Shown: positions 49,601 to 62,764 of the stretch, piece by piece
Layout of the letters: each line of letters starts with the position of its first letter
How positions within the stretch are numbered: position 1 is the first letter of the stretch
Notes under the pieces: model-generated
Database searches by the model: none
The model's input: the letters and a program-made list of their open reading frames with translations, nothing else
What the model was told of the DNA's origin: nothing
Source of the DNA: Tubulanus polymorphus
Lineage: Eukaryota; Animalia; Nemertea
Length of the DNA: 64,000 nt
Direction: 5' to 3'
NCBI RefSeq assembly: GCF_964204645.1
Contig: NC_134034.1
Location: 8,630,962 to 8,694,961 of the forward strand
Position numbers and translations under genes: made by a program

Positions 49601-51608
49601 TCATAAAGAATTCGATATTTTTACTGACTATCAACCACTAACATATCTAGAAAACAATAAGAATCATAACTCTCGGTTATTTAGATGGTAATTAAAATTG
49701 CAGGGTATCAACTATAATCCTGAGTATAAACCCGGTAAAAAGAATACCTCAGCAGATGCCTTGTCATGGCGTGTATATCCCACGTGTGAAACTGACCATG
49801 ATGATACAGATTTTCCTACAGTATTATATGTTAATAATGGCACTTACACCGCAGTCGAAATTCATAATGCATCTAATCCAGCAACCTCGGTTCTACAGGT
49901 TCACACACAATTTTCAAATGAAAATCTGGCTGAATTACAAAGACAGTGTTCGGATTGCCAAGATATTATAGCCTTTTGGATAAACCAATAGTTCCTAAGG
50001 AACCTAGGCGTGCCAAATACTTGGCTACGATTGAAAATGAATATTACCTACGTAGTGACTGCACACTTTGCCATACATATTATCCTAGATTAGCCGGTAA
50101 AAGACGAAATAAGCAGGTAATACATCAGGTGGTAGTACCACGATCAATGAGACATGATCTTTTAATGTCATACCATGACTGGAAAATGGGAAGTGGTCAT
50201 TTAGGTGTTAAGAAAACGTACGAAGCTGTCAAAGAACAATACTTTTGGCCTAGGATGCCAAGAAAACAAGAAAAACTTGCACAAAGAACCCCCGTTGAAC
50301 CCACTTCAAATAGTTGATAAATTACATAGGTGGCACATGGATTATATTATTGGTCCTTTACCAGAAACTACTGAAGGACATAAATATGTTTTGCTAGTTG
50401 TAGAAAGTATGTCTAGATGGACTTAGGCTTTCCCTCTAAAAACTCAAGAAACTACAGAAATTGCTAAAATATTGTATTCACAAATCATAACTACATGGGG
50501 TGCCCCAGGTCACATTAGTACAGATCATGGAGCAAATTTCATATCTCGGCTTATCAATGCAATTGCCGATTTGTTTCAAATCACCAAAACAGAAACTAGT
50601 TCATACCACCCTCAGTCAAATGCTGCTTGTAAAAGAAACAATGCTACTATTGAACAGGTATTAAGGGCATATGTAAATAAAAGTCAGTCAAATTGGCATG
50701 AATTGCTTCCTAGCGTCATGATGGTGCTCCGTAGAAGTATCACTCCCACAACAGGATTTTCGCCGTTTGAGATAATGATAGGAAAACAAATGTCCCTACC
50801 AATTGATACTTCACTTGTACCTACTAATGCGCTTACAAAGCCGCTTAAAGCAATTGTACAAGATATCATAGATACAATAAAGTCAGTTAAAAAATCAGCA
50901 AACAATAATATACGTGAAACTCATGTTAAAGATAAAGTAAGACATGATCAAAAATGCAATACTCCTACGTTTCATTTAAATGATTTAGTTTATGTTCAAA
51001 TTAAAAAGACACCGAGAGGCTTATCACAAACTATGTAATCAAGTAGAAGGGCCGTATTACATACATAAGATCATTGATAACTTTACATATCATTTAACTC
51101 GTTTAAGTGATAATAAGGTTAGGAAAGGTGCAATAAATGCGAAAATGTTAAAACATTTTAAAGATCCAAACCTTCGCCCAGATAGTTTAGTAGTAGATAG
51201 CAAAGACCTCATAGGTGATGAATTAGTTGAGGATAATGTAAAGAATACTGAAAATAAAGATGCTAATTCTGAGGATAAAGTTGCTAATATTGATGAAGAA
51301 ATTGCTGATACAGATTGAGCTTACTGATTATAATGATGATTCTGTTAATAGTGATGATAAATTTGCTGATATTGATGATAATATTGATAATACTGAGGTT
51401 GATCGCGATAATTCGAAGGGACGTGTAAATGACAAGGTTAAGGCTGATGAGAAAGTAGCCGAGTAAAGAGAAACTGTCAAAGAAAACGAATTACCTCTTA
51501 ACCCTGGTCAAATTGAGACATTACTTACTTATAAACGTGTCAATGGTAAGAAAATTTGGAAAGTTCGGTATGCAGGTATTTCCGGTAGATTCAAAAGAGA
51601 TGTTTAGA
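46700..51608 (+). mobile_element. Ty3/Gypsy gag-pol, decayed
   Basis: Gag with Cys/His knuckles and an N/Q-rich tail. Protease ALIDTGA. RT WRFVIDYRSLN / LDLASGFW / FGLINAP / YVDDIL. RNase H remnants. Integrase GHLGVKKT, WHMDY, STDHGANF, SYHPQSN, TGFSPFE. Confidence 0.93.
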
Positions 51609-52334
51609 TGTTCAAAAGCCAACAAAAGTAGCTTCATCATCTTAGTGGTCTCTCAAAAAAGAATTGATCGTGGTGTCTTGTGTGGGAGAACACATTTGAC
51701 ACGTAGCAATGTTAAACCTCAACTTGGTTGTAAAAATGTTCTAAACTGCGCGTAGGTGCCGTATATTAGGTTATTTTACTGTTGCTCTACGTGATTTGGT
51801 GAAAGTTTATTTCTCCTTACCCTATGATCGAAGATCGTATCAACAGGTTTCGCGACACGAACATTCCCTGGGTCTAGTTTGGCAGTTTCGTAAGTCCTTC
51901 CTTAGATCCAGTTCATCATCATTTCATATCATCTTCATCTCATCACGACACATATCCACTATCAAACACCTTGTTTTAGGTCAGAGAGATCTGTGTTGCA
52001 CGTCCTGATGAGCTAACTGAGTCCTCCCAGGGCATACTTAGACGGACACACAAAAGTCCTGCTCTCTTAAAATAGGTTTTGGCTAGGTCTAGGAATTAAA
52101 GGACACACACATTATACCGTATATTACAAACATTATTATACATATCGTCCGTTTTTACATAGTATTAACCGTATATACTGCAAGTTATCGTCGTAACAGT
52201 ATATGCTAGAGATTAAGGTCGGAATACTATTTAGTTTTAAGTCCAGATTACGTGCGTTACGGAAATTCGAGTACGTACGCACGTATATTCATACTCCATA
52301 TGTATTTCGCCGATTCAGAAATCGTTACGCTCCG

Positions 52335-53760
52335 TTGCATTTCTTTTATTCGTCGTCTCGGTTACAATAGAGCACATCGGCCCTTACTCGTCACGCTCTA
52401 TTGCGCTACTATTAATACTTTTTCACTGAACTGACACGACACTGAGGCTCGTCTGGCAAGCTCTGCCTAATTCTTCATTCGTTCTCTCAAAAGATTGAAA
52501 CCATAAAATTGTATTTCTATACATACACGTACATCCAAAAAGCGTATATCCCCTAGCGAACATTTTGTTGAGTTTGTCCGCGAGAAGCTCTCACGGACAC
52601 CGACCAAACAGCAAGAGATGTTCTGAAGAAAGATACTGTTACTTCGTATGCCCAAGTTGTCGCGGTAACTTACGCTGAAAATATAGAAAACCCGAGATTA
52701 ACTGAAAATGTACCTATAAGTACGGACTCGACTTCTGGAAAACGACCGGCATGTGAGTCGCCATCGGAGGACGGCCAAAGACAAACAAAATTCCGTCAGA
52801 CCGACGAAAATATAAGCAGACCGATAATTGCTACGAGAGTAGCGAAATACATGAATGAACCCACCTTTATAAGGACTCTCGTTAAAGAAATCCCCATAAG
52901 ATCAAATCAATAAAACGCCTCATGTCCGGGGTTTACAGAATTAACCCAGAATCCTATCGTGACATGAAACTAATTTTAAATTAAAAAAATACAACCATTT
53001 AGAAATACGACATTTCTTTTCACAAGCTCGAGAAACCGGCTGAATTCATCGTAGTAATTAACAACGTTGCTGAATAAAGCGAGAGAGATATTGATATCGC
53101 ACTAACCGATCACTCAATAACACCGAAATACATAACGAAAATGAAATCGGCGCTATCGAATAAAACTACCGACAAAATCAAAGTTGCGCTTTGTCAGATT
53201 ATAATTTCCTACTAACTAACGGTCTAGAAATTTTCGCCGGGGTAACAAAAAGATGCGTCGCGTACAGACGCGCCCTGAGCATTCTGCAATGTAGAAAATG
53301 TCAAATGTTTGGTCATAATCAGTACAGGTGTAAAGAAGAAAACGCGATCTGCGCAAAATGCGCGAAGTACCAACACGATCTGCGCAAAATGCGCGAAGTA
53401 CCACCCGACACACGAGTGCTCCATTAAAGAAAATTTCGTTTGTTCCAACTGCGGTGGGGAACATCGAACCTTTAAAATAGCTTGTACTTTTGTGCAAGAA
53501 CAAATACAAAAACAAGGCGAGAGATCCAGGTCGAGATCGAAATCAAATTCAAGGACTGCTAATCCGAAAGAAAGAAGAAAACCCGTGGCAACTCCACGTA
53601 AACAAAAGCTCAAGTTTAACTCAAAAACCCCCTCCATTGTAACAAAACAAAACCCAACCACCAATTCCGAAACACAGATACTCCTTGAATACTTGATACT
53701 CCTTGGCGCGTCTCCGATTGGGATATCCAATCTGTGCTAGAATTTTGGTTAGATGCAGGG
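52335..53760 (+). mobile_element. Jockey/I-like LINE 5' UTR and ORF1 inserted between Gypsy pol and env
   Basis: Three knuckles QCRKCQMFGH...CAKCA..H...C...CSNCGGEH..C. Short tandem duplication at about 53344-53403. Confidence 0.7.
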
Positions 53761-53829
53761 CCCGCATTCTTCCTTCATTCATTTCCATCCTAATTAGAGT
53801 TCTCTTGTCACTTTGTAGGGCTGACTACT

Positions 53830-55260
53830 ATGATGATGATGCTGCTCAGTTTGGTTATGTGCATTACTCCGATGTTTGCCATTAAGAAACTGAACTATGG
53901 GGTTAATTTCGAAGATAAACCGGACATTTATTTTACCTCCGACACATGGCTACATACTTATGAACTTCCGATACTGTCAATCAAAGAAATACGTCCCGAT
54001 TCCAAGATGTACCAATGGCACAGCAGCATGTCAGATTTTTAATAAGGCAGTATATACGATTGATGGTGGACGAGCAAAATGTTTTCAAACAATTCAGGAT
54101 TATCCCACCTCCATCCAGAGTTAGTCCCCCATTCGGACCGCCCTACTAGAGGTAGCAGATCAAAACGTGTCCTATTAAATTTTATCGGCGATATCTCAAA
54201 ATCCTTATTTGGCACTGCTACAACTGATGATCTAAATCGAGTTGCAGCGAAAGTAAATTCTATGGTTGTTTCTCTAAATAAACAGCATAATGCTGTGGAA
54301 GATTTACAAGATCATATGGCATCGTATATTTTTACCGTAAATAAACGATTGACGAATGTCATGCATGCTATTAAGACAAATAATAATATGATTAAGTCAA
54401 TTCAAAATGAAGTTGAAACAGTTTTTGATATTGAAGTGACCAGTGCGCAAATGTATAATTTAATGTTTCAAACACTTAGCAATTCAAATTTCATTAGTAA
54501 TTCCATCAATAGGTTTCATGAAGGCATTCGACAATTAGTTTCAGGCAATATCCCATCTGATCTAATTTTACCACACGATTTACGATCTTCTATTCGCTAT
54601 ATTCAAAAGAAGTTCTTACCCTTGTATGGACTTCATATCTCAGTAAAAGATGTTCAATAGTATTATTCCAAGGCTTCATTCTTTTACACCTTTAAACTTT
54701 TGCGAGATAACAGTTCCTTGTGGATGTGCAGTCACCACAGAGCGTTCAGTCACTCCTCCGCGGTCGTCAGGTTGCAATACTTCATCTTTTAATCCGAAAG
54801 TCATCCATCCTGTAAACCTTGCCTTGATTCAAGAGTTCTTTAAAGTTGATGAACATTCTATGATTTTTGGCGATTCGTCCTTTGACAAACCAATTGATAT
54901 CAAAATTCCGGATCTTAATGTATTTTCCCAAACCTTCTCAAATATTCTTGGCGCAGACGAGAAGATGGTTGTCGATTTGAAAAACCTCGCTGACGCCACA
55001 CGTAACGATAGATATTTATATAATTCATTGTCAGATGGTATTATCGACAGTGCGATTGCCTTGCCATCTGCATGGTCCAGCTTTCTCGGCGATTTCATAG
55101 GTTTGGCTGCTTAATCCAACGCGGTTTCGATCGACACTGAAACTCATTCTGTTGACCCCATGTCAAGTTCACTCGGATGCTTCCTTCATCTGTATGGGTG
55201 CTCCATGGCTTATTGTATTGAGTATGTATCTAGACATGATTGAGCATGAAACCTGCTTAA
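53830..55260 (+). pseudogene. env: Envelope glycoprotein (baculovirus F / errantivirus env-like), frameshifted
   Basis: Hydrophobic signal-like start, NYGV, furin site RSKR at 54157-54168 followed by fusion peptide VLLNFIGDISKSLFGTATTDD, heptad-rich region, Cys cluster CEITVPCGC, hydrophobic end. Confidence 0.8.
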
Positions 55261-58200
55261 AACAATGATTACTTAATTTCAAATTGAATACACACTATGA
55301 GATGGCGCGCGATAGTATGTACAACCCAGGAGAGCATTCTCAAGGAACTGGATAACTTTGAGAAACCCATCAATTCAGTGTATATTTAACCGGACTTATA
55401 AAACGTACTTTCGGAGGTATCGGTGCCAAACGAAAGCTCATCAATGATAAAAGAATTATTTGCTATACTGGTATCCGTAAGCGAATTACGACAGAAGCGC
55501 GTCTTTACGATAGCAATTTTATATTGCCTGATTGTTTCACTGTTATCAATAGAACATACAGGACGTTACAATATGCTGCATTGACAAACGGTTTCATCGT
55601 AGACGTAAGCATTATGGGAACTTCAGTATTACAGATAATAAAAATGGTTAACGGTATTTACACGATCCTGTGTTTCATGAAAAATTTCCATGTGTGTACA
55701 GGCTTTGCTCCTGTTTACAAAAACTGTGGAATCGATAGTAATTTGGATTAAGTAAACTTACACACAGAAAGTACTGCGTTGATACGTTATCGTTCCGAAC
55801 AGTGCCACAGAGTCGCAGTCCACAAAAAAACTTGCGTGTTCGCAAAGCTGTAACCGCCAGTTAAAAGATACATTCAATTTGCAAAGATAATGAATTCGTA
55901 AATGTATCGGAGGAAGACCACATATGTTTGGATGAATTTTTAAACCGGTATACAGACGAGTAACAACGCTTCTCCGAAGAATACATACAATTACTCCAGA
56001 CTCAGATATTACAGCTACATAAGAAAGATAATCGACGATACAGATGGCACCCTAAGTAAGACAAATTTGCGATTTTCTTCTCTTTCGTGTCAGCTTTCAT
56101 GTGTCATAAAAAAATTTCATTCAGCATTTAAAAGCTATCTTATTCTTTCTATTCAAGGACAATATCGTTTTGTCTACGTCTGTTCTGTAAGTCACCAAAA
56201 TCATATAATGAATTGAATGTGTCAAATATGTTGGTACTGCGATCTGGGCGACTCCTTCGCTATTGTAAATCACACGTTGCATAGTATAATATTCTCACTC
56301 CCTGTTGCGCGGACACACAACAGAAATATATAGATATGGGGAAAAACCGAGACCGCAGCATTTTCTTCGCTTATGGTCATGATTGTGATTTTGTGTGAAC
56401 TTTAAGAAAAAAATCAGGGATCCACAACCAGAATGCTTTTTAAACCGGAGGAGTCTAAAATGTTCCCGTCTGTTTTGCATACGATTCCTTAAGGATGATG
56501 ACACGTGAAGGGCAAGAAATGAAAACTGTCAGCGTGTCTGAAAATGATCCGTTTTTAGGACAACTTAAATTGTTGTCAGATGGCGTGATTATCTCGTACA
56601 TGGATGTTTTGCCTTCAAAGAAACCAGTGAACCCAGTGAAATCAAAAGTTGTAAAGGACACATGTGGTGTACGTAGGTATTTCATACATTAACTGTACCT
56701 GTAATATCTATTGTCGATAAAAGTAATTTTAGATTTAAGCAATAATCTAAAATAGCTTTCGATGATTCTAGCAACTAAAAATGTTTGACCGGTTGTCTTG
56801 TCGAAGGACGGCTGGTGTAAACAAACATGCCAGATGCAAATTGTGTTCTTGTCGTAATTGATGGGTTTGGATTTGGATTGATGCAATGAACACTTTATTT
56901 ACAGATTTTTCTCTATTTTTTTTTTAAATTCCAAATTCAGACGATATACCTCATCAGTTACATTTAAGATAATTTAGGATCGAAGCACACGTACCATATT
57001 CAAGTAGCCTACAATATTATCAATAACGATTGTAACAATGAATTCAGTTTAAATTAAGTTGATAAATTATTCGATTCTCGAGATTATAGAATGATGTACA
57101 ATTGGGGAAGCGGTAAAAAAACTTCGAAACCAAAAAAAAATTGTAGGTATGTAGTTGTAGACAACTTTGAACTAAATAACTTTCATATTCATATGGTATT
57201 TCAATTACAGAAAAGCAAAAAACTGCCACATTCTTTGATACGGAAATACCAACAATTGAAGAAGTATACGAACTATTGGGAAATTCGTCCGAGAGTCCAA
57301 TAAAGATTTGTTTGACCAATAAAGAATTGGTAAAAGTCAAAGAAAAGCTCGAAAATTAGAAGAAAAGCAGTAACGAGGCATCTACATTAGCTAATCTACG
57401 ACGCATTCGTTCAACTCAGATGAATAAGACTTCAACTTATATGGATAGTTCCTTGAGAGAAAGCCATAATTCAGTTATTTCTGCTGACCGTCGCACTGTG
57501 GGAAAAGTTTTGAGCGATGACGACTCCCATTTAAGTGACATACTGTCATTGCCTGACCGTTTCGTAAATAAAGCGTCGCGTGATATGTGTTTGAAACGAG
57601 ATCATAGTGAAGTATCACAAAATATTTCTGTAATTAATTATAAGTCTGATTTTATGAAACGTAGTTCAGATGTCCACTTGCATTCTAAGTTAAGAAAGAA
57701 AGAAAGGATGTCCAAGAGAATAGTACATGTAGTTCAAGTGTATAATATGATGGTAAGATGATATTGTTCCATATAATTTCCTACTGGTAAACTTTTATTC
57801 ATGTATTAAGTTGTATTATTTGAATTTCGTGGTCGATTCCTTGGCGGGTTTTGAATTCTTAATGTCGTGTCAAAATGAGTTCCGCGAATTATTTGAGTAT
57901 TTGAGTCTATTGGGTCATGTACGGAAATGGGAAATTATCGAAGGCTTGGATTCCGATATTCCATGTCAAAATGAGTTCCCGGAACTCACTGTTGCTGGGT
58001 TTTTGGAAACGCTTGCCATCGAGGATGGGAATTTGATTATACTGGTGTCCGTTTTGTGCAAATCGATGACATAATAACCCAACATCACCAATTCCAAGCT
58101 GGCTCGAAAATGAGGTCAAGAGGTTCCCGTGGCTTCAATTCAAAGAAAACAGGTTTTCATCTACTTCGAATTTAACAGGGAAATCAGGGAAATTAACTGG

Positions 58201-58683
58201 ATTAACTGTATTTTCCTTATTTGTCACATACAACCTTTATCCCGTAAAACATCTTTTTTGCATTTTTGGTCTTTGCGCACATTAAAGGTATTAAATTTGC
58301 TTGCTGTATGGAAGATGCTAAGCTTCGTCTAACCGGCATGGATCCAGTAGTAATGCTGGAACGGATCGATCGTAAGCAATTTTTCTCCATTTTATTCAAA
58401 CAGATTAAGTGGAAGTGGGTTATACTCAGATCCAGCGACAAGACCCAGCAGTAACATTAGATGGTAAGTTATCGAGTATTAACCATTTCGATTACTTAAT
58501 ACATTTCTATTTGCAATTTTTCTTCATTTTAGAATCGACGATGTATGACTTCTCTGAGGAGACCTAAGAGGCTATTACAAATAAAGACGCTGTTCCGGGT
58601 AAGTAATCAACGAGTATCCATCCATTCGATTACTTATATATTTCTATATGCTGTTTTTCTCCATTTTAGCAGAATTGGTACGA

Positions 58684-59200
58684 CCAGACGAAGACGTCGC
58701 CTATATGCAAATACAGTGTCAAGTACCAGCAGACGCAGAGATGGATTCGAACGACGTGCCAGACGAAGACATCACCTATAAGCAAATACAGTGTCAAGTA
58801 CCAGCAGACGCAGCAATGGATTCGTGTGACGTGCCAGACGAAGACATCACCTATACGCAAATACAGCGTCAAGTACCAGCAGACGCTGCAATGGATTCGT
58901 GCGACGTGCCAGACGAAGACATCACCTATACGCAAATACAGCGTCAAGTACCAGCAGACGCAGCAATGGATTCGTGCGACGTGCCAGACGAAGACATCAA
59001 ATATACGCAAATACAGCGTCGAGTACCAACAGACGCTGCAATGGATTCGTGCGACGTGCCAGTTGAGCATCAAGTACCACCAGACGCAACAATAGAATCG
59101 TGTGACGTGCCAGACGAAGACATCACCTATACACAAATACAGCATCAAGTACCAGCAGACGAAGCAATGGAATCGTGTTACGTGCCAGACGAAGACGTAC
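58684..59200 (+). repeat. 78-bp in-frame tandem repeat (26-aa unit DVPDEDITYTQIQRQVPADAAMDSC) in a probable exon
   Basis: About 6.5 units inside ORF 58648-59334. Preceded by an acceptor-like TTTTAG/CAG. Confidence 0.85.
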
Positions 59201-61059
59201 ATGAAATTACAGATTCTGGAATACAGCGACAAGTGCTGGCAGAAATAGCAAAAAATTTCTACGATTTTCCATACGCCATCGAACAACTTCGATTCACTAG
59301 AATCATGCGAAAAAGTCAAGGTCAAGCTTACTAAACACAATGTACTCCTCAGAAGGATTCGAGAAATCGCGCGTTAAAGTGGACTTTGTAACTTTCGTTG
59401 GTGCCAATACAATGGATGTGAGTAGCCATTGATTACGCAATACAGTCACGTTTACATTTTTTGTTAGTATTTAAACATGTCTTTTTCTACTATTAGGTAT
59501 TGATTGAGTCGGTTGCGAAATTATCGCCATGCCGTACAGTTAGTTCACTTGACGCTTACATGACTTTTTTGTACTTTTGGCTTTTGTGCACATTGAACTT
59601 GATAAAATTTTGCTTGTTTGCAGTAACTGACATTAACCTAAATATTGCGACGGCACTTGCCAGGCTCGAGAAGCTGATAATATACAAGTAACATCATATT
59701 CCATCGTAGGAACTCACTTTATTTTATTGCGCTTGAACATAATAAATGGCACTTATTTTCAGTGATGGAGTGAATGCGCGATAAAATGCTTCAAAACAAA
59801 GTGATCGGTACTCGAATAAATTGCGACTCTTACGCTTTCTCATTTTATGTTCTGATCTAATAACTATATGAAGTTTTTTGCTTGTAGATCAGTTTGTTTA
59901 GTGTTTGCAGCGTGTATTTGCGAACAACCGTTACCCACATATTGCATTGTAGAAATCAATGAAGATTATATAAATACATTTATAGCCAGACTTTCAGAAA
60001 AGCAAATAGCAACATCGACACCGAAAAAGTCAGGCAAAAACGAGGCTACCAAGTCGACCGAGAGTACAATACAACCTTCATCAAAAAAGAAACCGAAAAA
60101 AAGGATCGAAATGCATAAAAGTGCGTAGATATATTAGTGTTTTCCGTAGAATGTCCCTCAAATCGATGGACCACGACCTTACGCGAACACGCGAAAACGA
60201 GTAACGCTCGGCGACCCGCAACAATTGCATTGATTGGCGGGATTCGACCTCTCACTAAAAATAGCCAAGCCGGAGGTTGAGGACGGGGTTTCCTTATTGC
60301 TGGTTCAATGATGACTTATATCATCCCCTCGTACCTTGGAAATAAACTTAGTTCCCATCTCAACTGTCAAGTTTTTACTTTTTCGCTGAGTGATCTAGTT
60401 TTCGCGCTATACACGCGCAAAAACTTGGGATATTCTGGATTTTTCCATGCATGCAAAAGCCGCTGGTAATAAGCTAATTTATTCTCAGTGATCAGATATA
60501 CAAGATAAAACGAAACATCTCGAAGAAGAAAATTTTCCCACGTTTTATTTGATATACAATACGCCTATATTACGATGAATGGTGACTGACCACTTTTGCA
60601 ATCCGCGTCCGGGATTTTCTAGAAAAAGATGCCACTCGGATTAGGCCTCAGCCCACATGCTAAAAAGCGATGTTATCGTTTCAGAATATCCGGAGAGTTA
60701 TTATTTGAACTATCATATGACATGATATTTGAGTCCATTAGGCCTAATAATGTAAATTTTAATACCAAAACAAAGTAGGTCCTGACCTGGATCGAGTAGG
60801 CCTAATACGCCCTTAGGCCTACCCCCGGCCTGGTACCGTTTAAATACTAATTATCATAGGCCTTCCTGATCCAGCAGGCCGTAGGGTGGGTGTGTAATTA
60901 GGGGGGGGGGGGGTGCTGATATCATTTTAGTGGAACTTTTAATGAATGGGGGGGTCTAGAAAACCCGCATACTGGTACTAGGAAGATCAGACTGCATTTA
61001 AAAATCAGATCAAATTCTCTGTTTGCAGTATACCTAATTCTAAGGTTGTTTTTTATACT

Positions 61060-61625
61060 GATGTTTAATGTGTTTGAATATATATTCTAGATCGGAACGC
61101 ACAGTGGTCCAGGTATCCTTGTTTTGATCGGCGACGTGAGCTGCTGAACCAGTGTAGGCCTATAAAAACTCACGGGTAAATTTTGATGGTAAGTAGTTTC
61201 GATATCGATTGAGGCCATGGTTTAGAATTTGAACCATCATGCAATGTTTTAAGGTTTTTTATAATGATGTTTAATAGGTATGTTTGAATATATATTCTCG
61301 ATCGGAACGCACAGTGGTCCAGGTATCCGAAGTTGTTTTGATCGGCGACGAGAACTGCTGAACCAGTGTAGGCCTATAAAAACGTACGGGTAAATTTTGA
61401 TGGTAAGTAGTTTCGATATCGATCAAGGCCACGGTTTAGAATTTGAATCATCATGCAATGATTTAAGGTTTTTCATAATGATGTTTGATATGTTTGAATA
61501 TATATTCTAGATCGGAACGCACAGTGGTCCAGGTATCCGAAGTTGTTTTGATCGGTGACGAGAGCTGCTGAACCAGTGTAGAACTGTAAAAACTTACGGG
61601 TAGATTTTGATGGTAAGTTGTTTCG
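61060..61625. repeat. Tandem repeat, unit about 210 bp, about 2.7 copies
   Basis: GAATATATATTCTAGATCGGAACGCACAGTGGTCCAGGTATCC...TTTTGATGGTAAGT at about 61076, 61286 and 61496. Confidence 0.9.
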
Positions 61626-62764
61626 AAAAAATATGAATGGAGTAACAATGGGAAAAAAGCTGAAAGGCCCAATTCTCTGAAATCTTTTTTACTATATTTT
61701 CTATTGTAGAAAAAAAGTGCATGCTGGTTGTGGAAAAATACTCGTTAGGCCCAGTAATCCAATTCTCATGTAATTGTAAGTTAAACCTTAATCACTAAAC
61801 CAAATAATTGAAATTATTTACTTGCTTTATAACGGCTGATGATACTTCCAGTAACGGAAATCGTCAGTATTTATATAAATTATCTTTGTTCACGATGGCG
61901 GATAAAAATGTAAACAGGAGTCTCGAGTCAAAGGGCGTGAGAGGAAAAAGAAAACTTTATTTTGGAGGGAATAAAAAGGGAAAGAAAAACAAAATCAAAA
62001 AGATGATAGAATCAAGTAAGTATTCTATGATCCTATTTTCATATGAATTTACTGTTAATGTAAGTGTTCTTATTTCAATTAAGTGTTATCAATAAAAGCT
62101 CTAATGTATTATAACGTGATTCTTTTTTCCATTTTCATCGGTCTTAAAATCAATCGTTTATAGTTAACTCATTCTCAGGGCCTGTTTATTTTATTAAAGA
62201 ACTTCACAATTTTTTTTTGAAGGAGTATACTTTTTGGTTGGATAATCAAGGAATCAGGAAGACTTAAATACATGTAAGACTGAGTTTAAATTCCAAAAAG
62301 CATTTTTCCAATGACGTTACAATGGATTTTCCCATGACGTGGCTATTGCGGACTGCCGTTTTATAGTAGTAAATTATATAATTGATTCTCTCACCGACAT
62401 GAAATGAAGTCATTCACTATATTAAAACAATTTTGCCAACATATCAAGTATCAGTTTGTGCCATCAATAAATATATTAATGGCAATACATTTCATAAAGT
62501 TCAAAAGTTCTGAAAAGTTAATTTGTTACACTAACAATGGTTGTGTCATGTACTAATAAAAATCTAAACAGTGAAACTCTCTTAAGTCAGGATGATCATG
62601 ATGTAATCCAGATGAAGACTTACTAAATTTTAGTCCTATAGAAATTGGGACTAAAATATAGTAGATAACATAGATAACATGTGACTTATATGATGATGAC
62701 TGAAGCGAGTTTAACTGTATATTATACATACAGATTAAATGATCACTTACTTTGTGTAAATTCA

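Noticed and set aside
51990-52060. Hammerhead-like CTGATGAG motif in the Gypsy pol-env spacer
   Set aside because: A CTAA/TTAG stem is present but the required GAAA is missing (ACGGAC), and helices I and III are unconvincing.
58666-59340. 224-aa Cys/Trp-rich minus-strand ORF
   Set aside because: Antisense frame of the 78-bp repeat. The splice-like signals and composition favour the + frame.
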